A stretch of 64,000 bases of DNA from an uncultured delta proteobacterium (GTDB lineage Bacteria > Myxococcota > Myxococcia > Myxococcales > Anaeromyxobacteraceae): NCBI GenBank assembly GCA_963766715.1, contig CAVYBH010000012.1, positions 608,001 to 672,000 of the forward strand, written 5' to 3'. Shown here piece by piece: positions 46,441 to 60,857 of the stretch; position 1 is the first letter of the stretch, and every line of letters begins with the position of its first letter. Below the pieces are notes generated by a model, which was given only the letters and a program-made list of their open reading frames with translations, was not told the DNA's origin and made no database searches. A program made the translations under genes and the position numbers.

Positions 46441-47733
46441 TCACTTGGCGTGGAGGATGCCGTCGACGAAGAGGAGCGACGGATCCTCCAGGTGGCGGAT
46501 CACCTCGTAGGTGAATTCGGCCGCCTCGCTCCCGTCGACCACCCGGTGGTCGCTCGTCAGCGACAGGTACATGACGTCGCGCACCACCACCTGGCCGTTC
46601 CGGGCCACTGGCGTGGGGCGGATCCGGTGCACGCCCAGGATCGCCACCTCCGGGTGGTTGATGACGGGCGTCGCGAACATCCCGCCCAGCGCGCCCAGGC
46701 TGGTGACCGTGAAGGTCGAGTTGCCCACGTCCTCCGGACGCAGCCGGCCCTCCCGGCTCGCGGCTCCCAGCCGCTCGATCTCCCGGGCCAGGTCGAGGAT
46801 GGAGCTCTGGTCGACCCGGCGGACGACCGGGACGGTCAGTCCCTGCTCGGTTGCCGCGGCGATTCCCAGGTCGTACCAGAGCTTCCGGTGGATCTCCCCG
46901 CGCGCCTCGTCGAACGAGGCGTTGAGCTGCGGGAACTTCTTCAGGGCGGCGACGGCCGCCTTCAGCACGAACGGGAGGAAGGTGATCTTCACGCCCTCGG
47001 CGGAGGCCGCCCGGGCGAGCTTCTCCTTCCAGGCCACGAGCTCGGTCGCGTCCACTTGCTCGACGAAGGTGAAGTGGGCCGCCGTCCGGGTGGACACGGC
47101 CATCTTCTCCGCGATGCGGCGACGCAACCCCCGGACCGGGACGACCTCCACGCTCCCGGGCGAGGCGCCGCCGCTTTCGGCCGGCGTACCCGGCCGCACC
47201 TCGGCCGGCGCGCCCCGTCGCGGCGAAGCGGCGTACGAGCGGACATCGTCCTTCGTCACCCGCCCGCCGGGTCCGGTCCCCGGAAGGCCCTGGAGATCGA
47301 CGCCCATCTCGCGGGCCAGGGCGCGCACCGCCGGGGTCGCCAGCGCCTTTCCGTTCCCGTGAGCGCCGCCGGAAGCCCGCTCGACCGCCTGGGCCACGGC
47401 CGCCCGGACGTCGGCCACGGGTGCGAGCGGAGCGGCGGCAGGCTGCGCCGCCGGCTTCGGCAGCGGGACGACCGGCGCGACCTCGGACGCTCCCTCCGAG
47501 ACCTCGATCTCGACCAGCGCGTGATGGACCTTGGCGACGTCTCCCTCCTTCCAGAGGAGGCGCGTCACGACCCCCCGCTTCGGGGACGGGATCGTGACCG
47601 TCGCCTTGTCGGTCATGACCTCGGCGAGCGGCTGGTCCTCGACCACCGCGTCGCCGGGCTTCACGAACCACTTGAGGATCTCGGCCTCGACGACGCCTTC
47701 GCCGATGTCGGGAAGCAGGAACTCGTAGGCCAT
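46441..47733 (-). CDS. 2-oxoacid dehydrogenase E2 acyltransferase
   Basis: LPDIGEG, MTDKA lipoyl site, LATPAVR and DHRVVDG. Confidence 0.94.
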   Translation of the reverse strand: MAYEFLLPDIGEGVVEAEILKWFVKPGDAVVEDQPLAEVMTDKATVTIPSPKRGVVTRLLWKEGDVAKVHHALVEIEVSEGASEVAPVVPLPKPAAQPAAAPLAPVADVRAAVAQAVERASGGAHGNGKALATPAVRALAREMGVDLQGLPGTGPGGRVTKDDVRSYAASPRRGAPAEVRPGTPAESGGASPGSVEVVPVRGLRRRIAEKMAVSTRTAAHFTFVEQVDATELVAWKEKLARAASAEGVKITFLPFVLKAAVAALKKFPQLNASFDEARGEIHRKLWYDLGIAAATEQGLTVPVVRRVDQSSILDLAREIERLGAASREGRLRPEDVGNSTFTVTSLGALGGMFATPVINHPEVAILGVHRIRPTPVARNGQVVVRDVMYLSLTSDHRVVDGSEAAEFTYEVIRHLEDPSLLFVDGILHAK

Positions 47734-47753
47734 GTCTCTCCCGGTCCGGACCG

Positions 47754-48728
47754 CTAGTAGGCCACGACGTCGCGGATGGCCTTGAGGATCCGCGGCGCCC
47801 GCGGAAGGTACTCGTTCTCGAGCGTGTAGGGGAACGGGGTGTCGAACCCGGTGACGCGGGTCACCGGCGCCTCGAGGTGGAGGAAGCAACGCTCCTGGAT
47901 GAGGGCCGAGATCTCGGCTCCGAAGCCACAGGTGCGGGGCGCCTCGTGCACCACGATGGCGCGCCCGGTCTTCCGGACCGACTCGGCGATCGCGTCGACG
48001 TCGAGCGGCTGGAGGGACCGCAGGTCGATGAGCTCGGCATCGATTCCCTGGGCGGCGGCCTCGGTGACGGCCTTGTCGGCCTCGTGCCACATGGCTCCCC
48101 AGGCGAGCACCGTCACCTGCCGGCCCTCGCGGGTCACCTTCGCCTTCCCGATGGGGACGACGTACTCGCCCTCGGGGACGTCGCCCTTGGCGGCCCGGTA
48201 GACCCGCTTCGGCTCGAAGAAGAGGACCGGATCCGGATCCCGGATCGCGGCCGCCAGCAGCCCCTTCGCGTCCACCGGGTTCGAGGGGACGACCACCTTC
48301 AGGCCCGCGGTGTGGATGAAGTGGGCCTCCGGGGACTGGGAGTGGTAGTGCCCTCCCCGGATCCCGCCCCCGTACGGCGTCCGGATCACCATGGGACAGG
48401 AGTACTGGCCGCCCGACCGGTAGCGGTACTTGGCCACCTCGTTCAGGATCTGGTCCATGGCGGGGAAGATGAAGTCGGCGAACTGGATCTCCGGCACCGG
48501 CTTGAGCCCGTAGAGGGCCATTCCCAGGGCCGTGCCGATGACCGCGCTCTCGGCGAGCGGCGTGTCGATGACCCGGTCCTTGCCGAACTCCTCCTGGAGC
48601 CCCTGGCTGGCGCGGAACACCCCGCCGAACTTCCCCACGTCCTCGCCGAGGATCACGACGCCGGGATCACGGCGCATCTCCAGCCGCAGGGCGTCGTTCA
48701 CCGCCTGGATGATGTTCATCGTGGCCAT
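47754..48728 (-). CDS. 2-oxoacid dehydrogenase E1 beta (branched-chain/pyruvate type)
   Basis: GEDVGKFGGVFR, DTPLAE, EIQFADF and HSQSPE. Confidence 0.94.
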   Translation of the reverse strand: MATMNIIQAVNDALRLEMRRDPGVVILGEDVGKFGGVFRASQGLQEEFGKDRVIDTPLAESAVIGTALGMALYGLKPVPEIQFADFIFPAMDQILNEVAKYRYRSGGQYSCPMVIRTPYGGGIRGGHYHSQSPEAHFIHTAGLKVVVPSNPVDAKGLLAAAIRDPDPVLFFEPKRVYRAAKGDVPEGEYVVPIGKAKVTREGRQVTVLAWGAMWHEADKAVTEAAAQGIDAELIDLRSLQPLDVDAIAESVRKTGRAIVVHEAPRTCGFGAEISALIQERCFLHLEAPVTRVTGFDTPFPYTLENEYLPRAPRILKAIRDVVAY

Positions 48729-48741
48729 GGCCGCTCCCCGC

Positions 48742-49932
48742 CTAGCGTGCGCTCGCCGCGCGCGGATCGGCCGCGATGGCGGCGCGGATCTCCTCGAGCT
48801 GTTCCCGCTGCTGCCAGAGCGGCTCGGCGTAGACCTGTTCGAAGAGGGTCTCGAGCGCCGGCTTGGCGGCGAAGGCCTCGGCCTCCTCGACGGCGCGGCG
48901 GATGGACTCGCGGGCGTCGTTCCGCATGGCCTCGCTCTCTCCCTCGGCGAGCACCTTCCGCCAGCGCAGGTATCGCCCGAGCTTGAGGATCGGGTCCCTC
49001 GCCCGCCACTGCTCGACCTCCTCGGCCCCGCGGTAGGCGCGCGGATCGTCGGAGGTGGAGTGCCCTTCCACGCGGTAGGTCACGCACTCGAGGAGCGTGG
49101 GTCCCTGCCCCGCAGCCGCGCGCTCCCGCGCCCGCCGCGTCGCCGCGTGGACCGCGAGCAGGTCGTTTCCGTCCACCCGCTCGCCGCGGATTCCGTAGGC
49201 GATGGCCTTCTGTGCGATGGTCTCGGACGCGGTCTGCAGCTCGCGGGGGACGCTGATCGCCCACCCGTTGTTCCTGCAGACCAGGACCACCGGGACCTTG
49301 TGGACCCCGGCGAAGTTGGCGCCGGTGTGGAAGTCGTTGGCGCTGGTGGCGCCCTCGCCGAACCAGGTGAGCGCCACCATGTCGTCGCCCCGGATGCGCG
49401 CGGCCCAGGCCGCACCGACGGCCTGCGGGAGCTGGGTGGCGATGGGCGCGCTGATCGAGACGAAGTGACCGGGAGCCCAGGCCTCGTGGCAGGGCATCTG
49501 GTGCCCGAGCATCCTGTCCCCCGCGTTCCCGAGGAGGTCGCAGGCGAAGGAGACGAGCGGCATGCCGCGGTAGAGGGCGGCGGCGTGCTCCCGGTAGGAG
49601 GGGAAGAGCCAGTCTTGCGGCGCGAGTGCGGAGACCGTGCCCAGCACGGTCGCCTCCTCCCCGATCGCGCCGATGTAGAAGCCGATCCGGCCCTGCCGCT
49701 GCAGCTGGACCATGCGCTCGTCGAGCTCCCGGGAGAGCACCATCCACCGGTACAGCTCGAGCGCCCGCTCGTCCGGCACGCTCACCTCGGCCGGGTCGGC
49801 GGATCCGTCCTCCTGGATCACCGCGCGGAGCGGGAACTCGCGCTCCCACCGGCCCGCCTCGGGCGCGCTGCCGCCCGTCGGCGCGGCCTCCTTGCGCTTC
49901 CTGGCTTCCTCGATGTCACGCACGCGTCGCAT
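48742..49932 (-). CDS. 2-oxoacid dehydrogenase E1 alpha (branched-chain-like)
   Basis: LQRQGRIGFY, FGEGATS...NNGWAIS TPP motif and HSTSDD. Confidence 0.92.
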   Translation of the reverse strand: MRRVRDIEEARKRKEAAPTGGSAPEAGRWEREFPLRAVIQEDGSADPAEVSVPDERALELYRWMVLSRELDERMVQLQRQGRIGFYIGAIGEEATVLGTVSALAPQDWLFPSYREHAAALYRGMPLVSFACDLLGNAGDRMLGHQMPCHEAWAPGHFVSISAPIATQLPQAVGAAWAARIRGDDMVALTWFGEGATSANDFHTGANFAGVHKVPVVLVCRNNGWAISVPRELQTASETIAQKAIAYGIRGERVDGNDLLAVHAATRRARERAAAGQGPTLLECVTYRVEGHSTSDDPRAYRGAEEVEQWRARDPILKLGRYLRWRKVLAEGESEAMRNDARESIRRAVEEAEAFAAKPALETLFEQVYAEPLWQQREQLEEIRAAIAADPRAASAR

Positions 49933-49957
49933 CCGTCCCCTTCCCTCGCACCGGGAG

Positions 49958-50935
49958 CTACCCGACGCGCGCCTCCAGCATCCCCTTCACGAAGAGCTCC
50001 CCGGCGCGGTAGCTGGATCGGACGAGCGGGCCGCTCGCCACGTAGCGGAAGCCCTGCTCCCGTCCCAGCCGCTCGTACCCGGCGAACGCCTCGGGCGTCA
50101 CGAACTCCACCACCGGCAGGTGCCAGGCCGACGGGCGCAGGTATTGACCCAGCGTCAGCACGTCCACGCCGACGGCACGGAGATCCCGCATGGCCTCCTC
50201 CACCTCGGCGGGAGACTCCCCGAGCCCCACCATGATGGACGACTTGGTGAAGACGGCCGGGAACTCGGCCTTCATGCGGGCCAGCACCCCGAGGGTCTGG
50301 TCGTAACCAGCCCGGCCGTCGCGCACGGCCGGCGTGAGCCGCCGGACGGTCTCGATGTTGTTGGCGAACACGTCGGGGGCGGCCCGGCCCACGGTGCGGA
50401 CCGCCTCCGGGTCCCCCTGGAAGTCGGGAGTGAGGACCTCGACCAGGAGACCAGGGATCTCCTTCAGGCGGCGGATGGCCTCGGCGAAGTGGGCCGCCCC
50501 GCCGTCCGGCAGGTCGTCCCGATCGACGCTCGTGACCACGACGTAGTCGAGGTGAAGCTGGCGCACCGCGTCAGCCACGTGCCGGGGCTCGTCCGCGTCG
50601 AGGGCAGGCGGGCGCGCCGCCGTCTTCACCTGGCAGAACCGGCAGCCCCGGGTGCAGGTGTCGCCCATGAGCATGACCGTGGCCGTGCCGCCCCCCCAGC
50701 ACTCCGCCACGTTCGGGCAGTGAGCCTCGGCGCAGACCGTGTGGAGCGACAGCCCGCGGAGCGTGTCCCGGACCCGGCCGTATCGCTCGCCCCCGGGGAC
50801 CCCGACCCGGAGCCAGCCGGGCTTCCGGGCGTCGATCGGCAGCCCGCGGGCCCGGATGTCGGCCATGGCTTCCCGAGCCCCTGCTCCGGGGGGGTCGATC
50901 TCCAGCACCGGGAGTCTCGGAAGCCTGGTCGCCAT
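49958..50935 (-). CDS. lipA: Lipoyl synthase
   Basis: [20 protein letters not shown] and RSSY. Confidence 0.96.
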   Translation of the reverse strand: MATRLPRLPVLEIDPPGAGAREAMADIRARGLPIDARKPGWLRVGVPGGERYGRVRDTLRGLSLHTVCAEAHCPNVAECWGGGTATVMLMGDTCTRGCRFCQVKTAARPPALDADEPRHVADAVRQLHLDYVVVTSVDRDDLPDGGAAHFAEAIRRLKEIPGLLVEVLTPDFQGDPEAVRTVGRAAPDVFANNIETVRRLTPAVRDGRAGYDQTLGVLARMKAEFPAVFTKSSIMVGLGESPAEVEEAMRDLRAVGVDVLTLGQYLRPSAWHLPVVEFVTPEAFAGYERLGREQGFRYVASGPLVRSSYRAGELFVKGMLEARVG

Positions 50936-51047
50936 CGCCGCGGGTTCTAAGCGTACGCTGGCGCCGGTTCAAGGCGCCGTGCATCGCCCTCGGGACGGCG
51001 AGATGGCATGGCTCCACACCCCCCCGCTGGGATATGAAGGGGGACCC

Positions 51048-52138
51048 ATGGCCGGCGAATCTTCCACCCTCGAGCCAGCCGATGGGAGGGCTCCCCGGGT
51101 TCTCATCGTGGACGACGATTCGGTCGTCCGCGACGCCATCGGGATGGTCCTCTCCGAGGAGGGCTACGACTGCCAGTCCTCGAACGGGGCCGAGGCCGCC
51201 CTCGACGCCGTCAAGGTGCTCGATCCCCACCTCGTCATCAGCGACATGAAGATGCCCGGGAAGGACGGGCTCTGGTTGCTCGACCGGCTCCGTCGCGAGC
51301 GCCCCGACACGGCGGTGGTGATGCTCACCGCGTACGGCGACACCGAGGCCGCCGTGGAGTGCCTGCGGCGCGGCGCGACCGACTACCTCCTCAAGCCCCC
51401 CAAGGCCTCGGACCTGCTCCGCTCCATCGAGCGCGCGCTCTCCCGGCGGCGCGACGAGCGGGCCCGGGAGCGCTACCGCTCCAGCCTGCAGCGCACGGTG
51501 CGGGAGAAGACGACCGACCTGCGGCGCGCCCTCGTCGAGGTCGAGGCCGCCTACCAGAGCACGCTGTACGCGCTCGTCGCCGCCCTCGACGCGCGCGAGC
51601 ACGAGACCGGCGATCACTCCCAGCGGGTGGGACGGTACACGCTGGCCGTCGCCGACCGGCTCGGCGTGCCGGTCGACCAGCGCAACGACATCTTCCGCGG
51701 GGCGCTCCTCCACGACATCGGCAAGATCGGGGTCCCGGACGCCATCCTCCTCAAGCCGGGCCCGCTCGATGACGCCGAGTGGGAGGAGATGCGGCGCCAC
51801 CCCCAGACCGGGTTCAACATCCTGAAGTCGATCGGGTTCCTGAAGGCGCCCGCCGAGATCGTGCTCTCCCACCAGGAGCGCTGGGACGGGACCGGCTACC
51901 CGCGGGGCCTTCGCGGCGAGGCCATCCAGGTGGGCGCCCGCATCTTCGCCGTCGCCGACGCGCTCGACGCGATGACGAGCGACCGCCCTACCGAGCCAGC
52001 CTGGGGTTCACCCGGGCCCTCGCCGAGATCGCGCGCTGCTCCGGGACCCAGTTCGACCCCACCGTGGTCGACGCCCTGCTCTCGATCGGCCAGGCCGGGC
52101 TCGAGACCATCGCGCGGCTGGAGACCCGTCCCCTGTGA
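51048..52138 (+). CDS. Response regulator with HD-GYP phosphodiesterase domain (apparent frameshift near 51988)
   Basis: REC motifs VDDD, SDMKMP, LTAYG, KP; HDIGK, HQERWDGTGYP and DRPYR after frame correction. Confidence 0.92.
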
Positions 52139-53134
52139 CCGCCGCCGACTCCGGACGCGGGCGCGCGGCGCCCCTCGTCGACCCCCAGGGGCGGCGCATC
52201 TCCTACCTCCGCCTCTCCCTGACCGACCGCTGCAACTTCCGCTGCAGCTACTGCAGCCCGGCGATCGAGTCCGCGCACGGCGACGCCCTCGACCGCGCCG
52301 CCATCCGGCGGCTGGTCACCCTCTTCGCCGGGATGGGCATCCGCCGCGTGCGCCTCACCGGGGGTGAACCGACCCTGCGGCGGGACATCGTGGAGGTGGT
52401 GGCGGACATCCACGCCACCCCGGGCATCGAGGAGGTCGCCCTCACCACCAACGGCCACCGGCTCGAGGAGCTGGCCGCGCCGCTCCGCCGGGCCGGGCTC
52501 CGCCAGCTGAACGTCTCCCTCGACACCTTCGACGGCGCCCGCCTCGAGCGCCTCTCCGGGCGCGCCGCCGACGTCGAGCGCATCCGGCGGGGCATCGCCG
52601 CCGCCGCCGCCGCGGGCTACCCGTCGCTCAAGATCAACACGGTGGTCCTCCGGGACGTGAACGACGCCGAGCTCGGCGACCTGGCCCGCTTCGCCTGGCG
52701 GTACGGCGCGATCGCCCGGTACATCGAGCTCATGCCCTTCGGCGGGGGCAACCCGGTCTCGGTGGCCGAGATGCAGGCCCTCCTCGTCGCCCAGGGCGTC
52801 CGGCTCGAGCCCGACGCCACGCGGGGCTGGGGCCCGGCCCGCCACATGCGCGGCATCTCCACCGAGGACGGCCGCGAGGTCCACGGGCTGCTCGGCTTCA
52901 TCGGCGCGATCTCCGAGAACTTCTGCGAGGACTGCAACCGGGTCCGCGTCAGCGCCGCCGGGGCGCTGCGCGCCTGCCTGGGAGGGCGCGACGAGGTCCC
53001 GCTGGCCGACCTCCTCCGGATCGGGCAGCGACGACGCGGTGGAGGCGGCCATCCGCGACGGTCTGTCCCGCAAGCGCGACCGCCACCACATGGAGGAGGA
53101 GTCCTTCGAGACGATGGTCCGGATCGGCGGCTGA
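52135..53134 (+). CDS. moaA: GTP 3',8-cyclase MoaA (apparent frameshift near 53027)
   Basis: YLRLSLTDRCNFRCSYC, LTGGEP and FCEDCNRVR...C; shifted frame ends MVRIGG-stop. Confidence 0.93.
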
Positions 53135-53207
53135 GACGCGCCGTGGCGCACCGGCTCGCCCGGGATTACCCATTCCCCTGCCCGCGTTCCGGGCCGGAGG
53201 TCACACG

Positions 53208-55068
<1,861 letters not shown>

Positions 55069-55139
55069 ACGTCGTCGAGCGCGCATTTTCCGGCGCGCGG
55101 GTAAATGGTTTTCGGCGCCGACCGGGCGGCCTCGGACGG

Positions 55140-56462
<1,323 letters not shown>

Positions 56463-56576
56463 CTATTTGCCCGTTCGATTGCCTGCCCGTCAACCCTCCT
56501 CCCGTGACGGCCCGTCCTGGCGCTTGACCCCGTCGGGGCCGCCGGCGTAAGCGGGTCGCCTACCAGGAGGTCCTGC

Positions 56577-57428
56577 ATGGCGCGGCTGCTCGAGGGGAAG
56601 GTGGCGGTGGTGACGGGCGCGGGCGCGGGGATCGGCCGGGCTCATGCGCTGGCGCTCGCCCGGGCCGGAGCGAAGGTCGTGGTGAACGACCTGGGTGGCG
56701 ACCGGCACGGGGCCGGGCGGGCGTCCCAGGCCGCGGACCTGGTCGCCGCAGAGATCCAGGCCCAGGGCGGCGAGGCCATCGCCAGCCACGACACGGTGAC
56801 CACGCGCGAGGGCGTCGACGCCATCCTCTGGGCGGCCCAGTCGAAGTTCGGGCACGTGGACGTCTGGGTGAACAACGCCGGGATCCTTCGCGACAGGACC
56901 CTCCTCAACCTCACCGACGAGGACTTCGACCGGGTCCTCGAGGTCCACCTGCGTGGCACCTTCCTCGGAACCCAGGTCGCGGCCCGGGCCATGAAGATCC
57001 GCGGCCAGGGCGGCCGCATCGTCAACACGACGAGCCTCTCCGGGCTGCTCGGCAACTTCGGCCAGGGCAACTACGGGGCCGCCAAGGCAGGCGTCTACGG
57101 GCTCACCCGGGTGGCCGCGCTCGAGCTCGAGCGCTTCGGCATCGCCGTGAACGCCATCGCCCCGGTGGCGGTCACCCGGATGACGAGCGACCTCAAGATG
57201 TTCGCGGGCGCCACCGAGTCCGAGATGGGGCCGCAGTTCATCGCGCCGGCGGCGGTGTTCCTGGCGAGCCCGCTCGCCGACGGGATCACGGGCCAGGTGC
57301 TGGGCGTGCAGGGCGGGAAGATCTTCCTCTACCGGATGGAGACGACCGCCGGCGCCGAGAAGGCCCCGGCGGACGGGCCCTGGACCCCGGAGGAGATCCA
57401 CGCGTCCTGGGCCGAGATCAGCGGCTGA
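56577..57428 (+). CDS. SDR family oxidoreductase (hydroxyacyl-CoA dehydrogenase-like)
   Basis: TGAGAGIG, VVVNDLG, NNAGILRD and NYGAAK. Confidence 0.93.
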   Translation: MARLLEGKVAVVTGAGAGIGRAHALALARAGAKVVVNDLGGDRHGAGRASQAADLVAAEIQAQGGEAIASHDTVTTREGVDAILWAAQSKFGHVDVWVNNAGILRDRTLLNLTDEDFDRVLEVHLRGTFLGTQVAARAMKIRGQGGRIVNTTSLSGLLGNFGQGNYGAAKAGVYGLTRVAALELERFGIAVNAIAPVAVTRMTSDLKMFAGATESEMGPQFIAPAAVFLASPLADGITGQVLGVQGGKIFLYRMETTAGAEKAPADGPWTPEEIHASWAEISG

Positions 57429-57438
57429 GCGCGAGCGC

Positions 57439-57606
57439 CTAGCCGTAGTCGATGATGATCACCCCGCCGGACGGCGGCGTCTCGGGCGGCTTCTCCTCGT
57501 CGGGCGGGGCGGGCTCGGGCAAGGGTATCTGGATGCCGGGGCGATCGTCTCGACCGCGCTCCCGCTCGCGTCGCCGGATCTCCTCGATCACGAACGCGTC
57601 CAGCAT
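57439..57606 (-). CDS. Small hypothetical protein
   Basis: MLDAFVIEEIRRRE...GVIIIDYG; GGAGG upstream. Confidence 0.65.
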   Translation of the reverse strand: MLDAFVIEEIRRRERERGRDDRPGIQIPLPEPAPPDEEKPPETPPSGGVIIIDYG

Positions 57607-57670
57607 GACCCGTCCTGCCCTCCTGCCGATCTCGGTAACACGCGACGATCGCCAGGGCAAGGAAGCCGGG

Positions 57671-58120
57671 TCAGCGACTTTTTTCCGCCCGCGCCTTGAA
57701 GGCGTCGAGGGTCCTCGGCAACTGAACCTTCGTGAGCTCGTCGCTCACGCGGTCGATGATGGCCTGGGGCACGAGCGGCGGCTTCTGGACCTGGACCTCC
57801 ACCGTGTAGCGCGCGAGCGTCTTGCCCGCGTGGTTCGAGAGCTCCCAGGCCCCGTTCGACACCTTCATCATGTCGCCCTTGAGCAGGGACCAGGTCATCC
57901 TCGTGGGGGCGTGCTCCAGGTGGCGCAGCGTGTACTTGATGGTCTTCACGCCGAGGTCGACCTCGTACTCGACGTCCTTCACCCCCTTTTCCACGCGGAC
58001 CACCTTCGTCCGCTTCACCGAGGGCACGAAGGTGGAGTAGGCCTCGTAGTCGGCCACGATCTCCCAGAACCGCTCCACCTCGACGTCCACCACCATCTCC
58101 TTCGACACCTTCGACGACAT
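57671..58120 (-). CDS. SRPBCC/polyketide-cyclase (Coq10/RatA-like) protein
   Basis: IVADYEAYSTFVP, NGAWEL and LDAFKARAE. Confidence 0.85.
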   Translation of the reverse strand: MSSKVSKEMVVDVEVERFWEIVADYEAYSTFVPSVKRTKVVRVEKGVKDVEYEVDLGVKTIKYTLRHLEHAPTRMTWSLLKGDMMKVSNGAWELSNHAGKTLARYTVEVQVQKPPLVPQAIIDRVSDELTKVQLPRTLDAFKARAEKSR

Positions 58121-58149
58121 CGCGCCTCCGTTCCGCCGCTCCGGCGCGG

Positions 58150-59115
58150 CTACCAGCCGTGGTTGGGCTTGCTCTGGAAGTGGTGCTCGGTCTCGATGTA
58201 GCGGACGGTCCCGGTCCGGCTGCGCATCACCACCGACTGGGTGCGGGCGCCGGCCCCGTTGAAGCGCACCCCCTTCAGGAAGTCGCCGTTCGTCACCCCG
58301 GTGGCGGCGAACATGACGTCGCCCCGGGCCATGTCCTCGAGCGCGAAGATCTTCTCGGCGTCGGGGATTCCCAGGGCGCGGGCGCGCTCCCGCTCCGCGT
58401 CGTTGCGATACAGGAGGCGCCCCTGCATGTCTCCGCCCACGCAGCGAAGGGCCGTCGCGCTGATGATTCCCTCCGGCGCGCCGCCGATGCCCATGAGCAT
58501 GTCGACGCCGGTGTCCGGCAGGCAGGCGTTGATGGCCGCCGAGACGTCGCCATCGCCGATGAGCTTGATGCGGGCGCCGGCCTCCCGCACCTCCCGGATG
58601 AGCCGCTCGTGGCGCGGCCGGTCCAGGATCACGACGGTCAGGTCCTCGACGTACTTCCCGAGCGCGTCGGCGACCGACCTCAGGTTCGCCTGGGGCGGCC
58701 GGGTGATGTCGATCGCGCCCCGGGCCGCGGGACCGACGGCAATCTTCTCCATGTAGATGTCGGGCAACCGGAGCAGCGACCCCTTCGGCCCCATCGCGAT
58801 GACGCTGATGGCGTTGGCCGCGCCGGTCGCGCACAGCTTCGTGCCCTCGAGCGCGTCGACGGCCACCTCGATCTCCAGCGCACCGGGAACCGCTCGCCCG
58901 ACCCGCTCCCCGACGAAGAGGACGGGGACCTCGCCGCGCTCCCCGGCGCCGATCACGACCTCGCCGCTCACGTCGAGATCGTCGAAGGCCGCCCGCATCG
59001 CCTCGGTCGCGGCCTGGTCGGCCGCGCGGCGATCGCCGCGTCCCATGAGCCGGGCCGAGGCCAGCGCCGCCGCCTCGGTGATGCGGACTCCCTCCAGCGC
59101 CAGGTTGCGATCCAT
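58150..59115 (-). CDS. glpX: Fructose-1,6-bisphosphatase class II
   Basis: MDRNLALE, VDALEGT, YMEKI, LDRPRH, GDGDV, GGAPEG and FAATGVT. Confidence 0.95.
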   Translation of the reverse strand: MDRNLALEGVRITEAAALASARLMGRGDRRAADQAATEAMRAAFDDLDVSGEVVIGAGERGEVPVLFVGERVGRAVPGALEIEVAVDALEGTKLCATGAANAISVIAMGPKGSLLRLPDIYMEKIAVGPAARGAIDITRPPQANLRSVADALGKYVEDLTVVILDRPRHERLIREVREAGARIKLIGDGDVSAAINACLPDTGVDMLMGIGGAPEGIISATALRCVGGDMQGRLLYRNDAERERARALGIPDAEKIFALEDMARGDVMFAATGVTNGDFLKGVRFNGAGARTQSVVMRSRTGTVRYIETEHHFQSKPNHGW

Positions 59116-59124
59116 GGAGCCTCC

Positions 59125-59535
59125 CTAGGCCTGCTCGATCTCCTCACCGACCTTCATCTTCTCCAGGAAGTCCCGGGGCAGCCGCTCGATGCGCCCCGCC
59201 CCGTTCACGCAGGCGTGCACGGTGAAGCCGGTGGCGAGCAGGTCGGCTCCGCGCCGCACGTCGTAGGCGAAGCGGGCCGAGGCGCGCCGCGCCTCCACGA
59301 GGCGGGTCTCCACCGCGACCAGGTCGTCGTAGCGCGCCGGCTGCCGGTAGCTCACGCCGGCCTCGACCACCGGGAGGATGAGCTTCTCCCGGGCCTCGAA
59401 GTCGGAGTAGGACAGCCCCTTCGCCCGCAGGAACTCGGTGCGTCCCGCCTCGAACCAGCGCAGGTAGTTGGCGTAGTACACGACCCCCATCTGGTCGGTG
59501 TCACCGTAGATCACCCGGATCTCGCAGCGCACCAT
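59125..59535 (-). CDS. YbgC/FadM-family acyl-CoA thioesterase
   Basis: YGDTDQMGVVYYANYLRWFE. Confidence 0.92.
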   Translation of the reverse strand: MVRCEIRVIYGDTDQMGVVYYANYLRWFEAGRTEFLRAKGLSYSDFEAREKLILPVVEAGVSYRQPARYDDLVAVETRLVEARRASARFAYDVRRGADLLATGFTVHACVNGAGRIERLPRDFLEKMKVGEEIEQA

Positions 59536-59540
59536 GGCGG

Positions 59541-60857
59541 CTAGACCTGCTCGATGCGGATGAGGCGCGTGGGCGCGGCGGTGGTCTCGTAGCCGTCGAT
59601 CTCCCGGATGGCGGCCCGCAGGTCCGCCTCGCGGGCCTGGTGGGTCACGATGACGAGGGGGACCGGTGCGCCCGCCTCCTCGTGCTCCCGCTGCTGGACG
59701 GCGGCGATCGAGATGCCGTGCGCCGCCAGCGTCGAGGCGATGCGGGCCAGGACTCCCGGCGCGTCCTTCACGGAGAAGCGCAGGTAGTAGCCGGTCCGGA
59801 TCTCCTCGTGCGGCCGGAGCTGGACGAGGGAGCCCGCCGGCGGGAGCGGCACGCGGCCCGGGCTCCCGGCCAGGAGGTTCCGCGACAGGTCGATGATGTC
59901 CGAGACGACCGCGCTGCCGGTGGGCATCGCGCCCGCGCCCTGGCCGAAGAGGAGCGTCGGCCCGAGCGCGTCCGAGTGGAGGAGCACCGCGTTCATGGCC
60001 CCGCGCACCCCGGCCAGCATCGAGTCCTTGGGGATGAACGCCGGGTGGACGCGGGCCTCGATGAACCCGCCCGACGCTCCCGATCCCGGCCCGGAACGGC
60101 GGGCCACCGCGAGCAGCTTGAGTGCGTACCCGAACTCCTCGGCCCAGGCGAAGTCCTCGGGGAGGAGCCCCATGATCCCCTCGGTCAGGACGTCCTGGGG
60201 CGCGAGCCGCGCGCCGAAGGCCAGCTGGGCGAGCAGGCAGAGCTTCTGGGCGGCGTCGCCGCCGGACACGTCGAGCGTCGGATCGGCCTCGGCGTACCCC
60301 AGGTGCTGCGCCTCGGCGAGCGCCTCGCCCAGCGGCTGCCCCTTCTCCGCCATCGAGGTGAGGATGAAGTTGGTGGTCCCGTTCACGATCCCGTACACGG
60401 CCTGGATGCGGTCGGAGGCCAGCGCCTCCCGGAGCGTCCGGATCACCGGGACGCCGCCGGCCACCGCGGCCTCGTAGTACACGTCCACGCCCTTGTCCTG
60501 CGCCAGCCGGAAGATCTCCTCCCCGTGGAAGGCGAGGAGCGCCTTGTTGGCCGTCACCACGTGCTTGCCGGCGCGGAGCGCCGCGAGCACGAGCTCGCGG
60601 GCCTCGGAGGTGCCGCCCACCAGCTCGACCACGACCTGGATGGCGGGATCCTCGACCAGGTCCAGGTAGCGGGTGGTCAGGAGCGAGCGGTCGACGTCGA
60701 TCATGCGCTCCTTGACGGGGTCGCGGACCGCCACGCGCCGCACCACGATGCGGGCGCCCAGGCGGGCCTCGATCTCGCGCGCGTGGCTGCGGAGGATGGA
60801 GAGCACCCCGCCGCCCACGGTGCCGAATCCTGCGATTCCGATGCCGACTTCTCTCAT
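59541..60857 (-). CDS. hom: Homoserine dehydrogenase with ACT domain
   Basis: GFGTVGGG, VVTANKA, YEAAVAGGVP, GYAEADP and GAGAMPTGSAV. Confidence 0.95.
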   Translation of the reverse strand: MREVGIGIAGFGTVGGGVLSILRSHAREIEARLGARIVVRRVAVRDPVKERMIDVDRSLLTTRYLDLVEDPAIQVVVELVGGTSEARELVLAALRAGKHVVTANKALLAFHGEEIFRLAQDKGVDVYYEAAVAGGVPVIRTLREALASDRIQAVYGIVNGTTNFILTSMAEKGQPLGEALAEAQHLGYAEADPTLDVSGGDAAQKLCLLAQLAFGARLAPQDVLTEGIMGLLPEDFAWAEEFGYALKLLAVARRSGPGSGASGGFIEARVHPAFIPKDSMLAGVRGAMNAVLLHSDALGPTLLFGQGAGAMPTGSAVVSDIIDLSRNLLAGSPGRVPLPPAGSLVQLRPHEEIRTGYYLRFSVKDAPGVLARIASTLAAHGISIAAVQQREHEEAGAPVPLVIVTHQAREADLRAAIREIDGYETTAAPTRLIRIEQV